DNA from: Candidatus Acetothermia bacterium
GTDB taxonomy: Bacteria > Bipolaricaulota > Bipolaricaulia > Bipolaricaulales > Bipolaricaulaceae
Reading direction: 5' to 3'
Assembly (NCBI GenBank): GCA_024653305.1
Contig: JANLFW010000001.1
Location: 29,780 to 93,779 of the forward strand
Length of the DNA stretch: 64,000 bases
The notes below the pieces were generated by a model. It searched no databases. It saw nothing but the letters and a program-made list of their open reading frames with translations, and was not told the origin of the DNA. Positions 1 through 11,551 of this stretch are shown here, one piece after another. Both the position numbers and the translations under genes were made by a program. Each line of letters starts with the position of its first letter. Position 1 is the first letter of the stretch.

Positions 1-709
1 GGTCCTCCTCGGAACCGGTATTCACATGTACGACTTCGACGCGGAGAAGTGGTACGGCCAGCACCCCGGGATTCTCGAGGCCCTCCGGTTCTACAAGACT
101 GTCTACATCGACGAGAAGCTGGGAGACGCACGCATGCAGCTTTTGCCCGGAGCACGTGCCCGCACGTTCGAGGGTTTCCGGGACGGGAAGATCGCAATGC
201 TTGTGGAAGGCGACTGGTTCTGGCGGTCGGTGATCGCCCCCGGGTCGGAGTGGGCAGTGCCGAACCGTGAGGAAGTGGTGGGTTGGGCGAAGATGCCGGC
301 CAACCAGCCAGGGGCAGGGTATCGGGGCCAGGACTTCGTCACCATCTCCGGCGGCACGGGCTTCATCCTCAACCCCAACACTCCGCACCCCGAGGAAGCG
401 TGGGCTCTGGTCAGCTTCGCGTTCAGCAAGGAGATGCAGCTGGAGTTCCAGAGGATCCAACCCCGGATTCGCTGCCGGGTGGACGTCCCCGTGCTCGGCG
501 ATCCCGCGATGACCGCCATGGCTGAGGCACTCCTGCCGCTGACCACAGTTCGGCCGATGTTCCCTGGATACCCGAAGATCTCCTACGAGGCGCAGCTCAT
601 GACCGAACGCGTGGTCGCCGGCCTGATGACGCCCGAGGAAGCCATGGTCGCCTACAAGGAGGCACTCCAGGCGATCGTCGGGGCCGGAAACGTGTTGATC
701 GTTCCCTGA
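1..709 (+). CDS. ABC sugar transporter substrate-binding protein (family-1 SBP), C-terminal part; 5' end lies outside the window
   Basis: The frame is open from the window edge (track ORF 26..709 is only the first in-window ATG). Stop at 707-709. Followed directly by two MalF/MalG-type permease genes and a MalK-type ATPase gene. The sequence looks like a binding protein (KIAMLVEGDWFWRS, GGTGFILNPNT). Confidence 0.75.
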   Translation, partial: VLLGTGIHMYDFDAEKWYGQHPGILEALRFYKTVYIDEKLGDARMQLLPGARARTFEGFRDGKIAMLVEGDWFWRSVIAPGSEWAVPNREEVVGWAKMPANQPGAGYRGQDFVTISGGTGFILNPNTPHPEEAWALVSFAFSKEMQLEFQRIQPRIRCRVDVPVLGDPAMTAMAEALLPLTTVRPMFPGYPKISYEAQLMTERVVAGLMTPEEAMVAYKEALQAIVGAGNVLIVP

Positions 710-715
710 CGGGGC

Positions 716-1675
716 TTGTTGGGGGCCCGGGGCAGCCGGGCCCCCAGCTTCTTTCGGGGGTGCCAGTTGTCAGGACCACAACAGCTTCTACCCAGGAGAA
801 TCGGCGTAGGGTTCTTGGCACCGGCGCTGATCTTCATCGGAGTGTTCCTCCTGTTTCCGTTCGTGTGGGTGTTCATCATCAGCTTCACCAACCGCACCCT
901 CACTGGACTGGGGGCGGTGTCCCCTTCCTTCGTGGGGTTGCAGAACTACTTGCGGCTGTTCGACCTGCAGCGGTGGATGCGCCCCGGGGAGTTCGGGAAC
1001 GCCCTGTGGAACACCCTGCTCTTCGTGGTGGGCTCGGCTGTCCTGGGCCAGGTCCCTTTGGGGTTGGGGATGGCTCTCGTCTTCCACCGCTGTCGGCGAG
1101 CGCTCAGGGAAGCCGTGTTCACTTTAGCTATCGTCGCCTGGATTCTCCCGGGGGTCACGGTGGCGTTCACCTGGATCGCCTTCCTTGACCGTGACTTCGG
1201 GACCCTCAACGCCATTCTGACGAGCCTCGGGCTGGGAGCTGTCGACTGGTACTTCGATTATCCGTTGTTGGCCATCATCTTGTTCAACATCTGGCGGGGG
1301 ACGGCGTTCTCGATGCTCCTGTTCTCGGCCGCTCTGGGCACCATCCCCCCCTCGTACTGGGAGACATCCGAGGTGGTGGGGGCCACCGGTTGGCAGAGAT
1401 TCCGCGACGTGATCTTCCCGCTTATCAGGCCCCACGTGCTTACCGCTCTGATCCTGGTGACGCTCTGGACGTTCAACGTGTTCACACCCTACCTCATAAC
1501 CGGTGGGGGCCCCCTGTTCCGTAGCGAGACGGTGTCGATGTACACCTACCGCGTGGCGTTCAGGTTCCTGGAGTTCGGCAGAGGGGCGACCGCCGCCGTG
1601 ATCATCATGGTGATCAACCTGATCCTGGCCGTGGGCTATCTTGTGTCGTTGAAGAGACAGGCGGTGTACCAATGA
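716..1675 (+). CDS. ABC sugar transporter permease (MalF/UgpA-like)
   Basis: Track ORF of 319 aa with multiple hydrophobic helices. N-terminal RRIGVGFLAPALIFIGVFLLFPF is typical of this permease family. Sits in an operon with the SBP and ATPase genes. The TTG start at 716 is uncertain. Confidence 0.85.
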   Translation: MLGARGSRAPSFFRGCQLSGPQQLLPRRIGVGFLAPALIFIGVFLLFPFVWVFIISFTNRTLTGLGAVSPSFVGLQNYLRLFDLQRWMRPGEFGNALWNTLLFVVGSAVLGQVPLGLGMALVFHRCRRALREAVFTLAIVAWILPGVTVAFTWIAFLDRDFGTLNAILTSLGLGAVDWYFDYPLLAIILFNIWRGTAFSMLLFSAALGTIPPSYWETSEVVGATGWQRFRDVIFPLIRPHVLTALILVTLWTFNVFTPYLITGGGPLFRSETVSMYTYRVAFRFLEFGRGATAAVIIMVINLILAVGYLVSLKRQAVYQ

Positions 1676-2502
1676 GGCGCCTGAAGTCGTTGTTCATCCA
1701 TGGTGGACGATCGCTGCTCGCCATCCTGTTGGCCGCCTTCTTCCTCCTTCCCCTGTTTTGGCTCTTGACGGCCCCGTTCAACCCCAGGGCCACGTTGCGC
1801 GCGGCCATCCCCTCCACCCCTACATTGGAAAACTTCCGAGCAGTATTTGCAAACCGGTTCGCCGTACGGGCCCTGCTTATGAACAGCCCAATTCTGGCAG
1901 GCGGAGCCATGTTTGGGGTTACCATCATCGCAACGCTTGCTGCATACGCTCTCTCTCGAATGAGAATTCCTGGCCATAATGTGCTAGTTTATGTCCTCAT
2001 ACTTTTCTCTTCCGTGGTGACCGGTACAGCGGCCATGGTGCCTATCTTCCTCCTCCTCTATTCGTTACGACTCATTGATACTCATATCGGTGTGATCCTC
2101 GTATCCATTGGAGGACTCCTGCCCACAGGAATTTTTCTCATACGCGGGTTCGTTGACAGCGTTCCCCGCTCCTACGAGGAATCGGCGATCGTGAGTGGAG
2201 CTACTACCTGGCAGATGTTCCGGCACGTGGTCGCACCGGTTGTGCGCCCGGGGATGATGGTTGTGGCCGTGTGGGCCTTCGTCCAAGCTTGGGGGGACTT
2301 CCTCATCCCGATGATCCTCATCCGCAGCCCTGACAAGATGCCCGCCCCGGTGGCGGTCTACTCCTTCTACACGGAAGGGGGGACGCCGATTTTGACGGTC
2401 GTTTCCGCCTACTCCCTGCTCTACACACTGCCGGTGGCGGCTCTCTACCTTTTCGTCAACTGGCGGTATGGGTTCAGGTTCTTCGGGGGGATCAAGCGAT
2501 GA
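1672..2502 (+). CDS. ABC sugar transporter permease (MalG/UgpE-like)
   Basis: Track ORF of 276 aa. ATGA overlap with the upstream permease. Polytopic membrane protein in the conserved operon position. Confidence 0.85.
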   Translation: MRRLKSLFIHGGRSLLAILLAAFFLLPLFWLLTAPFNPRATLRAAIPSTPTLENFRAVFANRFAVRALLMNSPILAGGAMFGVTIIATLAAYALSRMRIPGHNVLVYVLILFSSVVTGTAAMVPIFLLLYSLRLIDTHIGVILVSIGGLLPTGIFLIRGFVDSVPRSYEESAIVSGATTWQMFRHVVAPVVRPGMMVVAVWAFVQAWGDFLIPMILIRSPDKMPAPVAVYSFYTEGGTPILTVVSAYSLLYTLPVAALYLFVNWRYGFRFFGGIKR

Positions 2503-3647
2503 CTACGCGGGGGAGCGAGCTGGCCGCTCACGAAGACGGCGTGGGCCAACGCACATCGCCCGACTACCTAGCGCTGGAACGCCTCACCAAACGGTTTGGC
2601 ACCGTCACCGCGGTGGACCACGTCACCCTGACCATCGGCGAAGGGGAGTTCTTCGCTCTGCTTGGCCCCTCTGGTTGCGGAAAGACCACGACCCTCCGAC
2701 TCATTGCCGGGCTGGAAAGGCCAACCGAGGGGCGCATCCTTCTCTGCGGCCGCGACATCACAGGTCTGCACCCACGAGAACGAGACGTGGCGATGGTGTT
2801 CCAGGACTACGCGCTGTACCCCCACATGACCCTTCTCGACAACATTGGGTACCCCCTCAAGGTGCGCAGGACGCCCCGGAAGACGTTGGAGGCCAGGGTA
2901 CGGGAAGTGGCCGACCACCTGGGGATCGGTCATCTGCTTGGCCGCCGCCCTGCACAGGTGTCCGGAGGGCAGCAGCAGCGGGCAGCCGTGGCCAGGGCTC
3001 TGGTGCACAAGCCCAAGGTCTTCCTGTTTGACGAGCCGCTTTCTAACCTCGACGCGAAGCTGCGCCTGGAGGCCCGCGCCTTCCTGAAGCACTTGCAGCA
3101 AGAGGTAGGGGTGACGGCGATCTACGTGACACATGACCAGGCAGAAGCCATGGCAATGGCCGATCGTATTGCCGTCATGGACCAAGGCCGGTTGATCCAA
3201 GTGGGCACGCCCTTTCAGGTCTACCGCCAGCCAAGCACCACCATGGTAGCAGGCTTCGTCGGCAATCCTCCCATGAACCTGATTCCGTGTGCCCTCGAGC
3301 GTGCTTCAGAGTCCCTTCTGCTTGTTGGCGAGGGGTTCCGGCTGGACGTCAGTCCCCTTCAAGAGCGGGTCCCCATCGATGTCCCCACAGGGGAGGAGCT
3401 CGTCTTAGGCGTTCGGCCGGAGCACATCAACCTCTCGGATACCGGAGGTCCACACGCCATTCGCGGCCAGGTATACGCTGTCCAGCCCCTCGGCGCGGAG
3501 ACCCTGGTAACCCTGCGCCTGGGAGGCACGATAGCGTCAGTAAGACTGTTCACAGACCAACCTCCGTCGTTGACAGACCAAGTCTGGGTCCGCCTGGACC
3601 TGAACCGTCTCCACATATTCCGTAGCTCTGGCGACCGCCTCGTGTAA
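2499..3647 (+). CDS. ABC sugar transporter ATP-binding protein (MalK/UgpC/MsmX-like)
   Basis: Walker A GPSGCGKTT, signature VSGGQQQR, Walker B VFLFDEPLSNLD, plus a C-terminal TOBE-like regulatory domain. ATGA overlap with the permease gene. Confidence 0.9.
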   Translation: MTTRGSELAAHEDGVGQRTSPDYLALERLTKRFGTVTAVDHVTLTIGEGEFFALLGPSGCGKTTTLRLIAGLERPTEGRILLCGRDITGLHPRERDVAMVFQDYALYPHMTLLDNIGYPLKVRRTPRKTLEARVREVADHLGIGHLLGRRPAQVSGGQQQRAAVARALVHKPKVFLFDEPLSNLDAKLRLEARAFLKHLQQEVGVTAIYVTHDQAEAMAMADRIAVMDQGRLIQVGTPFQVYRQPSTTMVAGFVGNPPMNLIPCALERASESLLLVGEGFRLDVSPLQERVPIDVPTGEELVLGVRPEHINLSDTGGPHAIRGQVYAVQPLGAETLVTLRLGGTIASVRLFTDQPPSLTDQVWVRLDLNRLHIFRSSGDRLV

Positions 3648-3729
3648 AGGGACAGAAGATGTACATCCTCTTCCGTGTGAGGCTCGATCCTGGCTGTTGC
3701 CCGGGGACTTCGACCTCTCTTGAGGGAGG

Positions 3730-5148
3730 ATGGGGGTGAAGATCGTCCGCGCGGGCAGGTCCGCGCCCACCGATCAGGCCATTTCACCGTACCGGCTTCT
3801 CCCGTTCCCGGTTCCGGGGGGAACGAAGCGGATCGAGATCCGCTACGCTTACGATCGCGAGGCGGGCAACGTCCTCGATCTCGGTTTGTTTGATCCTCGG
3901 GGGAGCGAGTTCCTCACAGCCGAGGGGTTTCGTGGATGGAGTGGCAGTGAAAGGGACCAAGTGGTCGTGACCGAGCACGCTGCCACGCCAGGGTATCTGC
4001 CTGGTCCGATCATCGCGGGCATCTGGCACGTTCTCCTCGGGCTCTACCAGGTAACCTCCGGGGGTTGTCACTACCTCCTGGAGATCCTCGTGTCCGACGT
4101 TGAGGGGGAGCTTCCGGAAGAGCGACCGCCCGCCTATTCGGTCGACCTGATGCCCCATCGCGGTCCGGGGTGGGTCAAAGGTGACCTGCACTCCCACAGC
4201 CATCACTCGGACGCCCGGTGCAGCGTCGGAGAACTGGCTGCCGCTGCACGCAGACGTGGCCTCGATTTCCTCGCCGTCACCGACCACAACACCGTCAGCC
4301 ACCACGCCCACCTTGCCGCCCACAGTGGCCCGGATCTCTGCCTCATCCCCGGGCAAGAAGTCACCACCTACTACGGACACGCGAACGTCTGGGGGCCTGG
4401 ACGTTGGCTCGACTTTCGGTGCCGCACAACGCAGGAGATTGGCCGGGTGTGTGCGGAAGCCCATCGCGAAGGACGTTTGTTCTCCGTCAACCATCCGAAG
4501 CCGAAAGGGCCGGAGTGGAAGTTCGGCCTGGATGTTCCCTTTGACTGTGTGGAAGTCTGGCAAGGGCCTTGGCCCAGGGAGAACGACCACAGCCTGGCGT
4601 TCTGGGAGCACCTCCTGCGCTCGGGGCGGCGGGTCGTTGCGGTGGGTGGAAGCGACAGCCACCCGTTCCCGCTCGCGAACGGGCGGTCGTTCGACTGGCT
4701 GGGCTACCCTACGACATGGGTCTACGCGCAGGACTTGACAGTGGAGTCCGTTCTCGCTGGCATTCGCGCTGGACATGTGACGATCTCCGCATGTGTGTCC
4801 GGGGCGCAGGCTGTGCTGATTGCCCGCGGAAGCGGGCAGGTGGCCCTGCAGGGCGACGTGGTGGAGATGGACGAATGCCGCGTTGAGGTACGGGTGGTGG
4901 GCGGGGAGGGGCTTTGGCTGAGGCTCCTCACCCGGCGCGGGGAAGTCGCGAGGGAGGTGGTTCCGTCGGCGGACTGGGTCTTCCAGCACGATCTGGCTTT
5001 GGCAGACCATGGGTATGTGCGGGCCGAAATCCGTGTACCAGACACGCGCCACAAGACGCCGGTTGAGGGCTTGCCTATGGTAGCCATGACGAACCCTGTC
5101 TGGCATTCCCGGTTCCTCCGAGGCTCACAGAAGGGTGGGAGCCGATGA
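3730..5148 (+). CDS. PHP-domain metallohydrolase (CehA/McbA-like)
   Basis: Track ORF of 472 aa. PHP metal-binding motifs GDLHSHSHHSDA and LAVTDHNT. SD GGGAGG at 3724-3729 makes GTG 3736 an alternative start. Confidence 0.7.
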   Translation: MGVKIVRAGRSAPTDQAISPYRLLPFPVPGGTKRIEIRYAYDREAGNVLDLGLFDPRGSEFLTAEGFRGWSGSERDQVVVTEHAATPGYLPGPIIAGIWHVLLGLYQVTSGGCHYLLEILVSDVEGELPEERPPAYSVDLMPHRGPGWVKGDLHSHSHHSDARCSVGELAAAARRRGLDFLAVTDHNTVSHHAHLAAHSGPDLCLIPGQEVTTYYGHANVWGPGRWLDFRCRTTQEIGRVCAEAHREGRLFSVNHPKPKGPEWKFGLDVPFDCVEVWQGPWPRENDHSLAFWEHLLRSGRRVVAVGGSDSHPFPLANGRSFDWLGYPTTWVYAQDLTVESVLAGIRAGHVTISACVSGAQAVLIARGSGQVALQGDVVEMDECRVEVRVVGGEGLWLRLLTRRGEVAREVVPSADWVFQHDLALADHGYVRAEIRVPDTRHKTPVEGLPMVAMTNPVWHSRFLRGSQKGGSR

Positions 5149-6503
5149 CGCTGAGGGTGAAGCCCATTCTGACCTACGAACTCCACCAAAGGTGTGAGGG
5201 AACGAGTTGGCGGCCTTGGGGGGACTGCAGAGCGAGGGCGATGTGGAGGAAGAAACCCGCAGGATCACGGACGAGCTAGGGCGAGCAGTCGCAACCGCTT
5301 CCTTCGACCTGGAGGTCTCACCGGTTTCCTGCATTGGTGCTGTCGATGAGCTCGCCCGGATCAAGGACGCACTCAGGTCCCACGACGTCTCTCTGCTGTA
5401 TGCGGCAGGTGGCGGACGGGACATCCTGGAGGGCGTCGTGTCGTCAAGCAACTGGAGCCTTATCTTCTTGAGACATAAGTCAGGCCCGCTCTACACGTGG
5501 TACGAGATCATCCACCCGAGCTTCCTGCGGGGCGGTTCCGATGAGTTCCGCGCTCTTAGCGTGAATGTGGACGACGTTGTTGTCGACGACTACAACGAGG
5601 TAATCTGGCGACTCCGCGCGCTACACGGACTGAAGAACAGTTTGGGGAAACGCATCGTCGCCATCGGAAGTGCAGGGGGATGGGGCATCGGGTCTCGGGC
5701 GGCGCGCTTGGCGCGCGCAAGATGGGGGTTGGACATCATAGAGCTCTCCTACCCTGAGTTGGCGCACAGGATCCGCATGGCCAAGACCGACCCCAAAGCG
5801 GTCTCGCACGCCCGGGCGAAGGCGGAGGAGTACCTCGCCCAGGAGGGGGTTTCGCTCCGTACGGACAGAAGGTTTGTCGTGAACGCGTTTGTCCTCTACC
5901 AGGTGTTGAGGGATGTGATGAACGAGCTCGAGGCGGATGCGGTTACCGTGGACGAGTGCATGAGCACCATCATCCCCCTCGCCGAGACCACCGCTTGCCT
6001 TCCTCTCAGCGTCGTCAACGACGAGGGGGGCCTGGCATTCTGCGAGTCCGACTTCGTAGTGATCCCTGCCGGGATCCTGCTTCACTACATCTCCGGGAAG
6101 CCGGTTTTCCTCGCCGACCCGACGTACCCCTACGACGGACAAGTCACGGTTGCCCACTGCACTGCGCCACGGCGGATGGCAGGCAAAGGCTATGAGACCG
6201 CGAACATCCTAACCCATTTCGAGTCGGACTACGCTGCTCCAAGGGTGGCGTTCACCAAAGGGCAGGCAGTAACGGCAGTCATCCCGGACTTCCGTGGTGA
6301 ACATTGGATCGGGTTCAAAGGCCGAATCCTGGACACCCCTTCGTTCCCCACGTCGTTCCCAGGCAGAGGTGGGGATCGACGGGGATTGGAGGAAGCTTCT
6401 GCAGGAGATGCGCGGGTTCCACTGGATGATCTGCTACGGGGAATACTTAAGGGAGATCGGATATGCCCTGGGAAAAGTGGGGATAGGATGGACGTGCGTC
6501 TGA
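5145..6503 (+). pseudogene. L-fucose/L-arabinose-isomerase-fold sugar isomerase-like gene, read in three frame segments (two 1-nt frameshifts at homopolymers, or sequencing errors)
   Basis: ATG 5145 overlaps the PHP gene stop (ATGA) and reads MTLRVKPILTYELHQRCEGTSWRPWG in frame 0. The long body (track ORF 5207..6601) is in frame 2. A protein-like C-terminus (VGIDGDWRKLLQEMRGFHWMICYGEYLREIGYALGKVGIGWTCV, track ORF 6294..6503) is back in frame 0. The central segment ACLPLSVVNDEGGLAFCESDFVVIPAGILLHYISGKPVFLADP...VAHCTAP resembles the isomerase fold. Confidence 0.5.
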
Positions 6504-6597
6504 TGCTTGGGAGCGGCGATGTGCAATGCTCCCTCACAACTACGCGGCTCGAAGTCACCCTGTCGAGGTCCCGAAGAGACTTGGTCAAGGTGGTGCC

Positions 6598-9267
6598 ATG
6601 ACGTGTCGGGATAGGCACGGGGACAAGATACAGGTGATCGTCGTCTCCCATACCCATTGGGACCGAGAGTGGTATCTCACGTGCGAAGAGTATCGGTACT
6701 GGCTGGTCAAGGCCGTTGACCAGCTGTTGGGGTTGTTCGATCGTCATCGAGGGTACACATTCATGTTGGACGGCCAGGTGCTTCCTCTCCTTGACTACCT
6801 GGAGATCCGGCCAGAGAAGGAGGAAATGATCCGCCAGGTCGTGCGCGAGGGGAAGCTCCTGATCGGTCCCTGGTACGTGCAGCCGGACGAGTTCCTGGTG
6901 TCGGGAGAGTCCCTGATCCGCAATCTGCTCCTTGGGCGCCGGAGCGCTCGCCGTTTTGGCGAGCCAATGCCGGAGGGTTACCTTCCGGACGCGTTCGGGC
7001 ACATCGCACAACTTCCCCAGATCCTCCAGGGTTTCGGGATCGGCTCCGCGTTCCTCACAAGGGGCGCGGATCTGGCGTGTGAGGAGGCGGGCAAGGCGGA
7101 GTTCCGCTGGAGGGCCCTGGACGGTTCAGAGGTGCTGACGCACGTCATGGAGGCGGGGTACTGCGCAGGAGCGTTCCTATCGGCCGACGCCTCTCTTGTC
7201 TCGCTTCTTGGGTTTCTGCGTGCTCGGAGCTCCACGGACACCGTCCTGATCCCGAATGGGTGCGATCACCTTGGGCCACAAACGGAGGTGTTGGATGTCC
7301 TGTCGCGCCTCAACGCGGAGTGGCCAGGTTATGTCTTCCGTCAGGGGACCTTGTCGGACTACGTTCGGGAAGTTCAGGAGGTCGCACCGGAGCTCCCGGT
7401 CATACAGGGGGAGCTGCGGCTGGGGAAACACCATCCCATCCTCAGCGGGATCTACTCGGCCAGGATGTACCTGAAACAGCGGAACTGGACCCTCCAGACC
7501 CTGCTCGAGCGATTCGCCGAGCCACTGGCCGCGTTTGCTTCCCACCTGGGGGCTGACTTCGCTCCGTTCGTGTGGGCAGCGTGGGAGCTTGTTCTCCAGA
7601 ACCATGCGCACGATTCCATCTGCGGGACGGGTGTCGACCCTGTGCACCGGGAGATGATGGCCCGCTTTGCGCGAGCAGAAGCAATCGCCAAGACAGTTGT
7701 GCGAGAGGCCCTGCAAAGCATCGGTGCCCACGTCCTCCCCAAGGCGGACCCCCTCTCCGCGGAGATCCCCATCCTTGTGTTCAACCCATGCCCCTGGGAA
7801 AGGCAAGAGGAAGTGGTTGTGGAAGTGGACTCCCAGATACCATCAGGGCCCGATGAGCGTGAGGGCGCACATGGGACACCCACCGATCCAAAGACCTGCG
7901 TCCTGCTCGACCCTCGTGGCCAGCCGGTGCCCTTCGTCCTGCGCGGCGAGCGGCTTGACTCCGAGGACGTGCTCGCTGGGGTCAGGCATGCGGTCAAGAA
8001 AGCGGTCGCCTTCCCAGCCCGCCTCCCACCCCTTGGCGTAAAACTGTACAGGATCGTTCCGGGGCACGCGTCGCCCGGGGAAGGCCCGCTGGTGGCGGGC
8101 GAACAGGCACTCGAGAACGAGTTTTACCGGGTCACAGTGCAGCAGAACGGAACCCTTGACATCCTGGACAAGGAGAGCGGTCGCCTGTACTGCGGGCAAG
8201 GCTTTCTCGAGGACTGCGGGGACGCCGGCGACGAGTACAACTGGTCCCCACCAGAGGGACAACAGATCGTTACATCTCACCGGACCACCGCGCGCGTTCG
8301 GATGGTAGACTCCTGCCCTTGGAAGGCCATGCTGCGGGTGGACTTCACGCTTCCGCTGCCCGAGGCTCTTGACGCAGATCGCCGCGCCCGCAGCAAGCGG
8401 AGAGTGGACTGTCCGGTGACCCTTTTCGTGTCGCTTGCGCGGGGCCTCAAGAGGATCGACATCGCCGCAGAGGTGGAGAACAACGTGCGCGACCATCGGC
8501 TTCGTGTGGCGTTTCCCACGGGGATCCAGGTGGCGAGCTCTCTAGCTGAGGATACCTTCGGACTGGCGCGTCGACCGGTACGGCCGCCAGACGGGGAAGG
8601 GTGGATTGAAGTCCCACCAGGCACTCATCCCCACAAGGCTTTCGTGGCGGTGGAGGGAAAGGAGGGCGGGGTCGCGATCCTAAATCGAGGCCTTCCAGAG
8701 TACGAGGTCACTGCGGATGGTACCATCTACCTCACTCTGATCCGAGGGGTGGGATGGCTCTCGCGCGATGACCTGATCACCAGACGAGGGCACGCCGGGC
8801 CGCCCTACGAGACACCCGAGGCGCAGTGCCTCGGTCGTCATCGGTTCGAGTTCGCCATATACACGTACCAGGGGACATGGGAGCACGCTCAGGTATGGCA
8901 GGCTGCGCATGCGTTCTGCGCTCCCTTCGTGGGGGTCCGGTTGGCAGGGCCGGGGAGAGGGGGATTGCCTGCGGAGGGGAGCTTGCTCAGCGTTGAGGGT
9001 CCTGGCCTGGTCTTCAGCACAGTCAAACGGGCAGAAGAGGAGAACGCGATCATCGTGCGCGTGTATAACCCTCTGGAGCGAAGTGTTCGCGGAAAGATCA
9101 AGACGCTCTGGAAAGTGACACAAGCTGAGTGTGTTAGGCTGGACGAAACCCCAATGCGACCTCTCGACCTGCTTTCTCCTGACACGGTCGAGATGGTGGT
9201 GAGGGGCGGGGAGATCGCCACGGTGAAGCTCGTCATGTCCCCAGAACTCGGCACAAGCGGCTGTTAG
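6598..9267 (+). CDS. GH38 alpha-mannosidase (mannosylglycerate-hydrolase-like)
   Basis: N-terminal VVSHTHWDREWY motif and length are typical of bacterial GH38. ATG 6598 is preceded by AAGGTGG. The track ORF begins at 6526 in the same frame. Confidence 0.85.
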   Translation: MTCRDRHGDKIQVIVVSHTHWDREWYLTCEEYRYWLVKAVDQLLGLFDRHRGYTFMLDGQVLPLLDYLEIRPEKEEMIRQVVREGKLLIGPWYVQPDEFLVSGESLIRNLLLGRRSARRFGEPMPEGYLPDAFGHIAQLPQILQGFGIGSAFLTRGADLACEEAGKAEFRWRALDGSEVLTHVMEAGYCAGAFLSADASLVSLLGFLRARSSTDTVLIPNGCDHLGPQTEVLDVLSRLNAEWPGYVFRQGTLSDYVREVQEVAPELPVIQGELRLGKHHPILSGIYSARMYLKQRNWTLQTLLERFAEPLAAFASHLGADFAPFVWAAWELVLQNHAHDSICGTGVDPVHREMMARFARAEAIAKTVVREALQSIGAHVLPKADPLSAEIPILVFNPCPWERQEEVVVEVDSQIPSGPDEREGAHGTPTDPKTCVLLDPRGQPVPFVLRGERLDSEDVLAGVRHAVKKAVAFPARLPPLGVKLYRIVPGHASPGEGPLVAGEQALENEFYRVTVQQNGTLDILDKESGRLYCGQGFLEDCGDAGDEYNWSPPEGQQIVTSHRTTARVRMVDSCPWKAMLRVDFTLPLPEALDADRRARSKRRVDCPVTLFVSLARGLKRIDIAAEVENNVRDHRLRVAFPTGIQVASSLAEDTFGLARRPVRPPDGEGWIEVPPGTHPHKAFVAVEGKEGGVAILNRGLPEYEVTADGTIYLTLIRGVGWLSRDDLITRRGHAGPPYETPEAQCLGRHRFEFAIYTYQGTWEHAQVWQAAHAFCAPFVGVRLAGPGRGGLPAEGSLLSVEGPGLVFSTVKRAEEENAIIVRVYNPLERSVRGKIKTLWKVTQAECVRLDETPMRPLDLLSPDTVEMVVRGGEIATVKLVMSPELGTSGC

Positions 9268-9397
9268 TCCGTGCGGTCTGAAGTTGCTCTTGACCACCGA
9301 ACAAGCCCCCTTCCACGCACCTCCGGAGCGCCCAGTCCTGAATCACCCGTAGGGCCACCGTGGCCGTGGTCGTGAGCGTCGCCAAGCTCTCCTCGTC

Positions 9398-9470
9398 TGG
9401 AGCCGACGGGAGTTGAACCCGTGGCCTCTAGCATGCCATGCTAGCGCTCTCCCAACTGAGCTACGGCCCC
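9398..9470 (-). tRNA. tRNA-Ala (anticodon GGC)
   Basis: 73-nt cloverleaf folded by hand: GGGGCCG/TA/GCTC..GAGC/CTAGC-ATGGCAT-GCTAG/AGGCC/ACGGG-TTCAACT-CCCGT/CGGCTCC/A. It carries the G3:U70 alanine identity pair. CCA is not encoded. Confidence 0.9.
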
Positions 9471-9513
9471 GCAGCACCAATTCTCCCCGGACCCCCGCCC
9501 GAGCGCAACCCCG

Positions 9514-11421
<1,908 letters not shown>

Positions 11422-11551
11422 TCACCCACCGAAGTATAGCTGAGCACAGAAAAATCCTCAAGGCATCGGCATTTGCTCCCTATAAGGCGGTCATTCGTCT
11501 CCTGGCCGCCCGGGCGACCCGCGGATAATCTTTGTCCCGAAAGGAGGGCCG

